Origin: Selaginella moellendorffii
Lineage: Eukaryota > Plantae > Lycopodiophyta
DNA length: 64,000 bases
Direction of reading: 5' to 3'
NCBI RefSeq assembly: GCF_000143415.4
Contig: NW_003314373.1
Coordinates: 1-64,000 of the forward strand
The notes under the pieces were generated by a model. The model was given only the letters and a program-made list of their open reading frames with translations, was not told where the DNA came from and did not search any database. Positions 1 to 11,028 of the stretch are shown here, one piece after another (position 1 is the stretch's first letter; each line of letters starts with the position of its first letter). Made by a program: the position numbers and the translations under genes.

Positions 1-52
<52 letters not shown>
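1..52. repeat. (AT)n microsatellite
   Basis: Perfect AT dinucleotide run at the window start. Confidence 0.97.
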
Positions 53-54
<2 letters not shown>

Positions 55-1432
55 CAAAAAGTTTGCAAAAAATAAGTGGTTTCAAATTGTAAGCATTGAG
101 ACAACCATATATTACACTTGATGAGGCCATTATCCTAACAAAAAAACCACTTACCCTTTAATATAATTTATAGTAAATATCTATATAGTTATAAGCGATT
201 ATATTTTCCATTCTATTTTAGTCACTTAACTACACTTTTAACCACTTAAAGGAGTCTCGTTTACAACCTCCATAAGTCCTATTCCTAACTTAGCCCCGTG
301 AATAACATTTATACTACTCAACCTTTACATTTGGTCTAAATGCTCTACTGTTTAATCCTACGACAAACACCCAAAAGTACCATTAATATATCAACCCATT
401 ATGCTAAAGTCATATTTATTCACCTTTGTTTCATTAGTAGTCCAAGACCACCTATACCAAAATCCTCCCATGTGTCAGTCCTTCTTATATACCTTTCTAA
501 AGATTTATTCATTGATTGCTTCCTACTCATTCTTCAAGCACTTCATTCGTGTAAGCAACCAAAAGAAATAATTTGAGAGACAATTCATAAGGTTCAAATA
601 TAAAAGGAAATAGTTTATGAACAAAAGTACACCCTTTTTTTTGTAAGCCACAAATTTTTCCTTTCCAATTTGCCAGCGTACCTCGTCTATCTGACCAACA
701 CTGATTTGGCTTTTGCTAAGTTTCCTTGCTAAAGTTCCCACCTATTGTATTAGCTCCTACTTAGTCCTACTTGGTTTCAGCTATTCACTGCATGAGTAAC
801 GGAGTGTTAGCCATCCATTCACAGATTCCCAAATCTCTCCTAATCCCCCTCCTCGGGTTAGACTGGACTTAAGGTTCGGCTACACTTTCCGCAAGCACAA
901 ACAGCCAAGCACACCAAGCCTTCAGGTTCCTAACATCCCTTAGTACAATAAGACTTTATCATGGGACCCTCTAAATCCCAAGCCTTAGGTGCAATACTTA
1001 CTTCGGGACATCGGGGCGAAACACCATGGCTTAACAGCCCGTTATGGGTACCTTTACCCCCCCACTTCTATCCCGAAGGGAAGGCCCAAGCCCCTAGGAA
1101 GGGTGAAGACCAATGAGCCACAAGGTACTCAAGTGGGGCACCACTTCACATGAGCCAGGAGCACTATAGTCAATTTTCCTTTCGGGAGTGGGAGTTGCTC
1201 TTGAGCACTTCCTTGGGTGACCCCTCCGGCACCACCCAAGTCCATGCTCCCTCCCACCCAAGGCCCCTTGGCCCTAGTCTCAACCTCAAGTCAGTTTAGA
1301 AACACCACTAGAGAGTTCTTTCAAGACTGGTTTCTGAACCTCACTATCCCTACTATACTTTTGGAACCCCCTGCACCCCCCCCCCCCCCCCAAGGAGACG
1401 CATGCTTTGGGCTTTCACCCTTTGACCTGTAT

Positions 1433-1630
1433 TAGTACTCAGACTCTTAGTACTCAGACTCGGTTTCGGACTCGATCTTGGACTCGATCTCAGACCCAAC
1501 TTCAGACTTGGTCTCGGAATCGATCTCAGACTCGACTTCGGACTCGACCTCGGACTTGGTCTCGGACCCGATTCAGATTTCGAACTCTGTCTCGAACTCA
1601 GTCTCCGATTCGGCCTCGGACTCGGACGGA
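1433..1630. repeat. Degenerate hexamer tandem repeat (GACTCG/TCTCGG-like)
   Basis: Repeated gactcg/gatctc/gacttg units give the low-complexity ORFs (SDSTSD.../RTRSRT...). Confidence 0.8.
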
Positions 1631-1639
1631 ATAGTCTTG

Positions 1640-2165
1640 AGATATTTAGGGTTAATCATCCTTGGGTTTGAATAGTATTAAACTAAGTGACCTTTCGGAA
1701 AGTCTAAATTAAGAAGCATACATTTGGTATTAGAGCAGTTTCAAGTTCAACTCTATTGATTAAGTAAGGGAATTACATCATATGTTAAAATTGATATCTA
1801 GTAGGTCTAGTTTGCTTTGACTGGGCTCAACCCAAAGAGCAAGGTGTCAAGAAAGTGGGGCTTTTAGAGGAGCTATAACTCTCAATTTTTGTTCACAAGA
1901 GTATAAATTTGTAAGGAAGTGTGGTAAATTATAATTTACCAAAATGAACAATTTGAAAGACAATATATAAAAGTTTAAATATAGAAGGAAATGACCCATG
2001 AACTAAAGTGCACCCTTTTTATCAATTGATTAAGGGTTTTTGGATACTTAAGGTTAAGTGTCTTTCGGTTTGAATTGTATTAAGTTGGATGACCTCTCGG
2101 GAAGTCTAAATCGAAGAACTTACAATTCGGAGTTTCAATTTTAGTTTTGACTTTTCGAATTAGAG
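1640..2165 (+). mobile_element. Probable LTR-retrotransposon remnant (LTR end + PBS-like site)
   Basis: CA at 1721-1722 followed by TGGTATTAGAGC (1725-1736), one mismatch from the canonical iMet PBS TGGTATCAGAGC; a diverged copy of ~1660-1760 recurs at ~2065-2160. No intact coding domain seen. Confidence 0.35.
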
Positions 2166-4132
2166 TTTTTAGTCCAAACATGTTACACTCATTAGACTTC
2201 TACATCAATTACTACCATATGGCACAATTTCGGCTCCACTTTGGAGCTTAAGGATTTGTGTCTTATAATGGTATTTAACATGGTATTCAACTATTATATG
2301 TGATTTCTTTGTAGAGTATTATAAAAAATACTGATATAACTACAATGTTGTATACTAAATTTCATATTGTAGTCTTAGTAGAGAAATTAGCCACACCTTT
2401 GATAAATTCAACAACAAATATTTATATATTTTTCAATACGGTTATAAACTAAAGATTTTTATTTTGTGTAGGTTACTACGAAAGGCAATAAAACCACCAC
2501 AATGTCTTAAATGAAAATTATCCCATAGCCAAAGAAACTAAAGGCTATTAGAGTTGACTTTAAGGTAAATTATCATATAAACATATTTTACTATGTAGTT
2601 ACTCTATAAGTTCATATGAACAAACTCTAGAAGCAATATTAAAATTAAGGCTAATGTTATGTAAAAACCATAATAATCTAATTTTATAGTAAAGAATAAG
2701 GTGAATAAACATTTTTTTCATTGAATACATTCAAACTAATTTTTATTGTAGCATAATGAAAAATAAGGGGTGACAACTTTAAAGCCCCCACTAAACAAGC
2801 CTAAATACTCTATGGTGAATATTTTAGTTTTTGTTTGAGATATAGTTATGATTAATTTAGTTCTTTTATAAGAGGCCAAACTTAAGAAGTTAAACATAAA
2901 TATTTTTAAATGCATTGTGAATTTACTCTGTAAAAAGAAATTTACCCTTCAAAACTTCAAAAAGTTTTGTAAGATGGAAGATAAAATTTATCATTTACCT
3001 ATTGTTGATGTACTTTAAATGTTGGGTTGGTATCTTTAGAAACATGGGTGACGAATACTTAAGATGAGATTACATTGATCATTTAGAAAGCTGAAAGATT
3101 TAATGAGATATATGAAAATATATAAGAACTATTCAGTTACATCAAATCGCAAATGCATGTAAAACTCTAGGAAAAATTATAAGACTATTTTTCTAAACTA
3201 CATGTGAAACTATATTTTTAATTGTATAATTAACTATATAATTACCATATATTAAACACATATATATTTATTTCTCAAAAACTATACAAATCCTAGATAT
3301 TTTACCATAAAAATATTTTATGTAGTATTTGATGAAAAAAGTAGAGTAACATCTTTATAAAAACCATAGAAAACACTATACTAAAAAAAATTCGTCACGC
3401 AAATACTTAGACTATATATAATAAAATTATAAAACCATTAGAAAATTATTTTGAATAAACCATAGTTTTTCCGATAAAAAGTTTTCATATTAATTTCTCT
3501 CATCAAATGTTTCATTAAAATTTTGGAAAACCACATTATTTGGCTTGCTGTGGGTTATTGGACCATATTAAGTACAAGCTTAACTTGGTCAATAGGTTCA
3601 TATGGACAATATAATTGGCAACATGCACATGTCTCTCAGCCATCCAACCGACCATGATACTTGAGGAGGGAGTCATGTTAGGTCTTTATGTATGGTATAA
3701 GTATATACTATAGAGACACAAACAAGATTAGCTTGGCTAATCTACATTGCCAACCACTGATTGTCTATATGAGGCACCAATAATCTCTCTTATAATATAT
3801 TTATTTTAAGTGTCCACATAAACTAGGAGGGGAGATTATGCTACTGGAGACAAAGTAGCATTCGAGCAAACAAAAAGTTTCCAAACACTATGCAGTATAC
3901 CTTTTAAGATGATTATAATCTAGCAGAGCCCGGGCAGAGATCCCCACTGGCAGAAGTACTTCAAGTTTGTGTTTGGGAAGCTTAGGAAGACAAAAGTAGC
4001 TTAGCCCGGGACAACAATCTTCTACCCATTAGGCTTTTCCATCTGGAAAAAGAGATGGAGCGAACCACCAGCAATGATAACACTCTGGCACCAACCAGCG
4101 CGTGATTAAGCCTTTCACGAGGCTCGGAGCCA

Positions 4133-5995
4133 TCACATTTCCTCCATTGACATATTTGCAAGCAGTGAGTAAGGTGCTGAATCTTGTCTATCAGAAGTAG
4201 CAGCAAGCAAAGCAACTCGTTGGCCTCGTTGGATATCACTCTGGAGCCTACAAGCTCCAAGCAAGCTTGTCCACGCGACACTATCTGCCGAGTTCGACAG
4301 GCTCGCAATCAGTTCCTCGGCGTAGCTCAGCTCTCCAGATCTTGCAATGATATCTGCCATGAAACCATAGAGCTCATAACTTGGGCTCAAGCCATGGTCC
4401 TCCACCATCGCCACTAAGTGCTCGCGAGCCTCTGCCACCTTTCCACCATAGCTGCAAGCGGTGAGAACCGCAAATGCAGTGAGCTCGTCAGGCTTGATGC
4501 CATCAAGCACCATGAGCTGGAAGAAATGAAATGAATCTTCCATTAGACCATTCTGGGCATACGCCTGGATCATAGAATTCCATGTTATCAAGTTTCGCTC
4601 TTGCGTTATCGAATCAAAAATATGCCTCGCGTGGCTGACCTTGCCAACCTCTGCATAAGCCGCCATCATGGCATTCAATGTGACAATGCTGGCCACTGGT
4701 ATAGCAGAAAATATTCTTTGAGCCGCATCAAGTTCACCCTTTTGAGCATATGTGGTGAGGACAATGTTCCAGGAAGTAATATCTTGCTGGGGCATTCTTT
4801 CAAAAATCTCCAGTGCTTGACTTGTGTCTCCAGCTTGAGCGTGCGCTAACATCAGAGCATTGCACGTAACGGAATTCCGACATGGCATCTCGTTAAACAG
4901 TTTTCTAGATTCTTCTAGATGCCCATATTGGGCATTTGCCGAGACCATTACATTCCAGCTAACCACGTCCCTGACTGGCGCTTTTAAGAATATCTCCCTG
5001 CCCTGTTCAAAGTGACCGTTTAGTGAATAAGCCGATAGTAGTGTGTTCCACGAAACCATGTCGCGATAAACAGCGTCATTAAACAAAGCTCTAGCAGTAA
5101 GAACATGCCCGGACGCGGCATATGCTGTTACCATAGCGGTCCAGGATATAACATCCTGATATGGCATCTTATCAAAAGCGTACTTAGCTTGATCAACCTG
5201 GCCAGTTTGTGTGTAAGCTACTATTATCGCGTTCCAGGTGACTATGTTGTGCTCGGCCATGGTGTCAAAGAGCGAGCGCGCTTCGTCGAGATAGCCATGG
5301 CTGCTGTAAGCGGTGATCATGGCCGTCCACGTCACGACGCTGTGCTGGGGCGCGCGGGCCAGAGCGATCCTGGCCGTCGACAGCTCCCCATTGAGCGTGC
5401 AGCTATGGAAGAAGAAGACGTTCCAAGACACCATGTCTCGCTCGGGCATCCCCTCAAACAGCTCTTTCGCGCTGGCGCAATCCCCATCCTCGGCAACTGC
5501 GGTCATGAGCGCGTTCCACGACACGACGTTCCACTGCGGGAACCGATCAAACAAGAGCCTGGCCTGATCCAAATGCCCCAGATCGCACAGCCCTTGCAGC
5601 ATCGTGTTCCACAGCACCACATCGCCACTGCTGCTGCTGGGCACTGCCGGATCCGCGAAGAACATGGCCATGGCGGGCTGGAGCTGGCCATTGCGGAGAA
5701 ACGCGCTGAGCATCATCGTCTTGGAGAAGCAATTGGGCGCCTGGATGCCATCGTAGATGCTCTTGGCGGCCTGGGCGTTGCCACACTTGCCATACATCTC
5801 GATGAGCTTGTTGGCGAGGTAGCGATTCTTGGCGTGGCTGCTGCCGGCAATCTCGCGGTGGATGGACGCGCCCCGAGCCAGCAGCCTGCCGTCGGTGCAT
5901 CGCTTGATCTCCTCCGCGATGGCGTTGATCTCCGACCGGATCCAGCTCCATTCTTGGTGTGACGCCGCCAAGGCAATTGATCGCAGCACCGGCAT
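4133..5995 (-). CDS. PLS-class pentatricopeptide repeat protein with C-terminal E-type region, no DYW (620 aa, intronless)
   Basis: N-terminal LIEMYGKCG motif, many ~31-aa repeats (VVSWNALMTAYA...A..LFD.MP), terminal VLTACSYGG...MADIIARSG...AWTSLLGAC...PYSLLAN. Confidence 0.93.
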   Translation of the reverse strand: MPVLRSIALAASHQEWSWIRSEINAIAEEIKRCTDGRLLARGASIHREIAGSSHAKNRYLANKLIEMYGKCGNAQAAKSIYDGIQAPNCFSKTMMLSAFLRNGQLQPAMAMFFADPAVPSSSSGDVVLWNTMLQGLCDLGHLDQARLLFDRFPQWNVVSWNALMTAVAEDGDCASAKELFEGMPERDMVSWNVFFFHSCTLNGELSTARIALARAPQHSVVTWTAMITAYSSHGYLDEARSLFDTMAEHNIVTWNAIIVAYTQTGQVDQAKYAFDKMPYQDVISWTAMVTAYAASGHVLTARALFNDAVYRDMVSWNTLLSAYSLNGHFEQGREIFLKAPVRDVVSWNVMVSANAQYGHLEESRKLFNEMPCRNSVTCNALMLAHAQAGDTSQALEIFERMPQQDITSWNIVLTTYAQKGELDAAQRIFSAIPVASIVTLNAMMAAYAEVGKVSHARHIFDSITQERNLITWNSMIQAYAQNGLMEDSFHFFQLMVLDGIKPDELTAFAVLTACSYGGKVAEAREHLVAMVEDHGLSPSYELYGFMADIIARSGELSYAEELIASLSNSADSVAWTSLLGACRLQSDIQRGQRVALLAATSDRQDSAPYSLLANMSMEEM

Positions 5996-6602
5996 TTACA
6001 AACCATTTTCACATATGAAGAGCCAAGAGCCCTTACTTGCTTTGGGATGGCTTTATAATATGCTCACAAATGCCCAATATGGGCATTTTGGCAATGGCGT
6101 GTGATTTAGCTGCGTCTGCCCGAAAAGGGCATGCCAAGGAGGCGGATTTTGGCAATGGAGGGACAAGACTTGTTGCTACAGTGCGGCTGTTAGAGAATGA
6201 AGAAGAACGAGGTCCAACAAAGGAAATTCTCGCTGCTTTGGAATTTATGGCGACATTGGAGCAAGGAGCACACTGCCTCGGCCACTTAAAGGAAAAGGTG
6301 ATCGATCAAGCTCTCTTTTTTTATAATGTCACTGGTCCATGAAAGTCTCGCTTTTGTGCGATGGCCAGCCAGTTCCTGCCATCAAGTTTATAAAGGAAGA
6401 TTGCGACGGCGAGTAGAAAAGATTGACAAACACATCAGTAAGCTTCTCGTTTGCTTTTGTTTGCCGGAAAATGTGAGCTCTTGGTTTCATGTAAAGCCAG
6501 GCTCTCTTTTCTGTCCTCGCATTCATGGTCGTCTTCAAGCGCTATCACCGTTTTATAACCCAAAGCTCGACTCTCCGGCTTCTCCATTCGATCCGGAGCA
6601 AT

Positions 6603-7431
6603 ATGTCGTTCCTGACGCTGCTCCTCCTCCTCTTCTTCACTTCAGGTGAGTTTTATCGCTCGAGATCTCTCATGTTCCTCAAAGCTCGTCCTTGCTGAAG
6701 CTCATGGAGTAACTTTCACGCTCAACAATTCGTGCTCCTTCACTGTATGGCCTGGCTGGTTGAATGGCGATGGAGAGTCCGTTCTCGAAGGTGGCTACAA
6801 GCTCGACCCATCCCACTCCGTCCAGCTCTCAATCCCTTCGGGCTGGGGTGGCCGATTCTGGGGACGAACCGGCTGCCAGTTTGATAGCAGCAACCGCGGG
6901 AGCTGCGAGACCGGAGACTGTGGCAACGGGCTCTACTGCAAAGGCTCCTCCGGCGCCACTCCCGTCACCCTCGTCGAGATAAAGCTCAATGGCTTCTCCA
7001 GCAAGGATTTCTACGACGTTTCTCTTGTCGACGGCTACAATCTCCCAGTGAGGATGTATCCGCTCTCTTCCGGATGCACCAACGTAGGCTGCCACAGCGA
7101 TGTCAACGCGGTCTGTCCCCAGGAGCTCCAAGTTCGCAACAGTGGCGGGCATGTCGTCGCTTGCAAGAGCGCTTGCGAGGCCTTCCAGACGGACGCCTTC
7201 TGCTGTAGAGGGAACCATAGCACTCCCCAGACTTGCTCCCCAACTCTCTACTCGAGGCTCTTCAAGAACGACTGTCCCCAGGCGTATAGCTACGCTTACG
7301 ACGATCAGACCAGCACTTTCACTTGCACTTCTGGTGGCGGATATGTCATCCAGTTTTGTCCGCCTGGAAGCTTTACAAAGTCTCGGCAACACCACGGGAG
7401 AGCTCGGGGACACAGAAGAATCCGGAGCTGA
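6603..7431 (+). CDS. Thaumatin-like (PR-5) protein, secreted; exons 6603-6645 and 6701-7431
   Basis: Signal peptide exon MSFLTLLLLLFFTS, 55-nt GT-AG intron, then NNCSFTVWPG, GRFWGRTGC, DFYDVSLVDGYNLP, CPQAYSYAYDD thaumatin signatures; basic C-terminal tail. Confidence 0.95.
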
Positions 7432-8238
7432 AACAACAACGTAATTAAGAAAGAATTTTTCTCTACCGGAAGTTTTAAATAAAAATGACAAATAAAGAGA
7501 AGTAAATCATCATCGGTTCCTATAAACATCAACCCAGCTCCAAGTGGAAAGGACTAGGATGAAGATGTCTACATATGCACAATCCATTTGTTGCCAAGAA
7601 AGGGACTTGGTGCTTAACAGAATTGATCTTCCTTGGAATTTTCCTCCTCTTCGCATGGATTGTGTCCTGCGCTACTATACATGCTCTCAAACTACTCCCA
7701 AGCGTCAATAGGAGCCAACCTCTTCGATTAAAGTTGATTTTCTTTCCAACAAGTTTAATTGTCATCCATCTTGATGCAAAGCAAGGCTGAGCTCTTTAGA
7801 ACAAGAGTTATCTTTTCCATAAGAGGGTAAGCATGCAAAAAATAGTCTATAAATTTAGAGTAAACTTTTTGTAGTTTTGTGGCTTCTTTCATAGTTAGCT
7901 GGTAAAATTTAAAACCTGGCCAAGGTGGGCGAAACCACCGCAAGAGGTGTATTTTAATATATTCTTACTTCTTTTTTTTCACGATTGACACTGCAGCTCT
8001 GCCACGTCATCAATTAAGCGTTTGGTTTATGGAGTAAACAACCATAAATTAGCCGACATGCATTGGGCAATGCTAGCTCAAGCGAGACAGACTCCTGCTG
8101 TAGAGGCATCCTCAAACATGCGTAGGCACCAACGACTGTCCCCATATGCTTACAGCACTTCCGCTCAACTCTGGTAATCTTTTCTACAGCACAACAGAGG
8201 AAAGCTCAAGAAAAAAAACAGGAATTACCGCTCTATAC

Positions 8239-9662
8239 TTATTGCAGCAAAGCGTTTTGATTCATTTGAGCCTCTCTCAGTGTCTCCGTCGGCACATAAG
8301 ACAGGAACTCTTGAATAAGATCGCGGGCAGCCTGTGACAAATCATAAAAAAATTGTTTACAAGTTTTCTTCTTCTTCTTTTTTTTTTGGAAAAAGTAAAG
8401 CACCTTTGTGGACTGCAGACTGAATCGCACAAACTCAAGCCTGAGCAACAAAGACCAAAGTTGGGTATGAAACAAAACCGTAAAAAACGAGCTTTTGGCT
8501 TACTGGGCAGCCTCGGAAGGTTGGCCAATAGCATCGAAGTAATTGTTGTATTGAGCCTGTTGTGGCGTGACAAGAGAGCCAAGAGAGTCAGAGATGACGA
8601 GAAATAGTGTTGAAAATACCTGCTGGAGATAATCATAGATGGAGTAAGCTAGAGACGAGGCCTTGTCTGCAGCATCTCCATCAAGCCAAGCAGCAGCACT
8701 GAAATTTAGCAAGCAAGAGTAAGAACACATACCATTCAACTTGTGATGGATATGTTGATACCTTAGACAGTTATCTTTCCAGTCACCAGCTGATCTGTAG
8801 ATTTGCTCTAATTGTGCAAGCACTGTCTTTGTATCTACAAAGAAGAACCATCAAGATGGAAAAAAAATAAAAATAAAAAAAATCAAATGAAAGATCAACC
8901 TGAAGTGGATGCTTCCAAGTCTATGAGCTGCTGTTTGAGCTGCATGATCCGCAAGACATAAAACACCAAAGGTTTTGGAGGCTTGATAAGCCCCGCTGGA
9001 GGCTTGAACTGAAACAAGAGAAAACTTTCATTTTACAGCAAGAGAGAAGGAAAAAAAAAAAAAACTTACAAAAGCAAGGCCGATTGCAACAACTGACAAT
9101 CCAACACCGATCAAAAGACGTCTGTAAACGGTCGCATTCTCGTTTCCCTCGTCTTCTTCTTTTTTCTCTTGCGAATCTTCTTCCAACACTTCCTCTTCTT
9201 CTTGCAATTTGGCTTCTGTCAATCCCCACTCCTCGGGCTTCTCTCCCTCCCCTGTTCACTTGAAAGCGCCAGCTTTAAGAAACTTTAGCTCAAAACTCTT
9301 TTGCTTTCTTCTCACCTGGAACACTGAGAAGAGTTTCGCGGTAGCCAGTTCCATCCACTCGCCTATCAGGAACCGCGGGTTTTAGCTTGGCAAGATCAAC
9401 CTCCTTTCTCTTCGCTAGCTCCTTCCTCAAAATCTGTGCTTCGGCTTGAGCAGCTGCGAGCTACATTTTTGTCGATAAACAATCCAATCCAATCCAATCG
9501 AAGTTGGAACCTTGCAATCGATTTCTTAGACATTACCTTTGCCGCGAGCTCCTCCTTGTCAACATCCGCTGCTTCGCCAGCACGAGCCAAGAATCTTCTG
9601 CGCGCTTTCACGATCGAGCTGGGGTTGACAAAGCAGAGAGCCCACCCATTCGTGGCCGCCAT
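8239..9662 (-). CDS. Multi-exon, probably plastid-targeted membrane protein of unknown function
   Basis: Transit-peptide-like start MAATNGWALCF...RRRFLARA, GT-AG introns, acidic stretch, one TM helix (LLIGVGLSVVAIGLAF), helical C-terminal domain ending AARDLIQEFLSYVP...NALLQ*. Confidence 0.6.
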
Positions 9663-9776
9663 AGCTTCACTTCGCTGAAAAAAGAGAGATAGTTTGACAC
9701 GTCACTGCCAAGTGTGCCTGCAGACGTGGCCCTTTAAGGTCTTCTCACAATTATCAGCCGCGGTAGCCCTCGCGCT

Positions 9777-10865
9777 ATGGCGGCAGCGTCCGCCACAGTG
9801 ACGCCGCCCATTCCTCGCAAGGATTCCCCCGATTCCACCGCGACTGGGAGCCGGATTGTCACGCGCCGCGCGGCGCTGGCGTCGCCGATTGCCGGGAGCA
9901 GCGTCAAAAGGGAAATGGGTGAGCAGCATCAAGAACTCCATAGCTCCCTCGCTCCTTCTTCTCATTCCTCTTCCTCTCACCCTAGAAAGATCTCGCCCCC
10001 TTCCAATGGCGCCACGATGATCGCCACCAGCAACGGCGCCGCCGCCGGCGGCGTGGACGAGATCTGGCTGACAATGCGCGAGGAGGCCCGCCGCGACGCC
10101 GAGGCCGAGCCCGCGCTGGCCAGCTACCTCTACTCCACCATCCTGGCGCACAGATCCCTGGAGAGAGCTCTGGCATTCCATCTGGGCAACAAGCTCTCGA
10201 GCTCCACGCTCCTCAGCACGCAGCTCTTCACCATGTTCGTCGACACTTTCATGGAGGACGCGGAGATGAGGGAGACGATCCGGGCCGACATAGCCGCCGT
10301 CCGCGAGCGCGATCCGGCCTGCGTCTCCTTCTCGCACTGCATGCTCAACTTCAAAGGATTCCTGGCGTGCCAGGCGCACCGAGTTTCACACCGGCTGTGG
10401 AACCAGGGACGCCAGTCGCTAGCTCTCGCGCTCCAGAGCCGGGTGTCCGAGGTGTTCCATGTAGACATCCATCCCGCCGCCAAGATTGGGCGAGGCGTGC
10501 TCTTCGACCACGCTACCGGGCTCGTGGTTGGCGAGACCGCCACCATTGGCAACAACGTTTCTATCCTACACAATGTGACGCTGGGCGGGACTGGCGCCAT
10601 GGGTGGTGATCGCCACCCAAAGATTTGTGACGGGGTGTTGATCGGGGCCGGGGCGATCATCCTGGGGCCCGTGAGGATTGGCGAGGGAGCCAAGATTGGA
10701 GCTGGGTCGGTCGTGTTGATCGAGGTTCCTCCGCACACAACTGCTGTGGGGAATCCGGCCAGGCTTGTGGGAGGGAAGCTCAAGCCCACCAAGCTCAAGG
10801 ACATTCCCAGTGAGACTATGGATCACACTTCTTTCATCTCCTCGTGGTCTGATTATGTCATTTAG
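9777..10865 (+). CDS. SERAT: Serine O-acetyltransferase (362 aa, intronless)
   Basis: SATase N domain (EPALASYLYSTILAH, RDPAC, FKGFLACQAHR), hexapeptide repeats (VDIHPAAKIG, DHATG, DRHPKI, GNPARL), C-terminal WSDYVI. Confidence 0.98.
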   Translation: MAAASATVTPPIPRKDSPDSTATGSRIVTRRAALASPIAGSSVKREMGEQHQELHSSLAPSSHSSSSHPRKISPPSNGATMIATSNGAAAGGVDEIWLTMREEARRDAEAEPALASYLYSTILAHRSLERALAFHLGNKLSSSTLLSTQLFTMFVDTFMEDAEMRETIRADIAAVRERDPACVSFSHCMLNFKGFLACQAHRVSHRLWNQGRQSLALALQSRVSEVFHVDIHPAAKIGRGVLFDHATGLVVGETATIGNNVSILHNVTLGGTGAMGGDRHPKICDGVLIGAGAIILGPVRIGEGAKIGAGSVVLIEVPPHTTAVGNPARLVGGKLKPTKLKDIPSETMDHTSFISSWSDYVI

Positions 10866-10962
10866 AGAACTCCTGTAGAAAGTACCAAAGAATATAGATA
10901 TTCTTGTTATTAAAAGCTTCAACAACAAAGTTGTTATTTTTTAAGAATAAGGAAGAGTTGCT

Positions 10963-11028
10963 GAACTTTCTGGGCTGCTGGATCTAGTCAATTGGAGAAC
11001 TTTCTGGGCTGCCGGATCCAATCAATTG
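10963..11028. repeat. 34-bp tandem duplication
   Basis: gaactttctgggctgc(t/c)ggatc(tag/caa)tcaattg occurs at 10963 and 10997. Confidence 0.85.

Noticed and set aside
1433-1630. CRISPR-like array or Ser-Asp repeat protein
   Set aside because: Degenerate hexamer satellite with no spacers and no extended ORF; eukaryotic context.
6000-6600. Coding-like ORFs between the PPR and thaumatin genes
   Set aside because: No family recognised and no consistent exon chain could be built.
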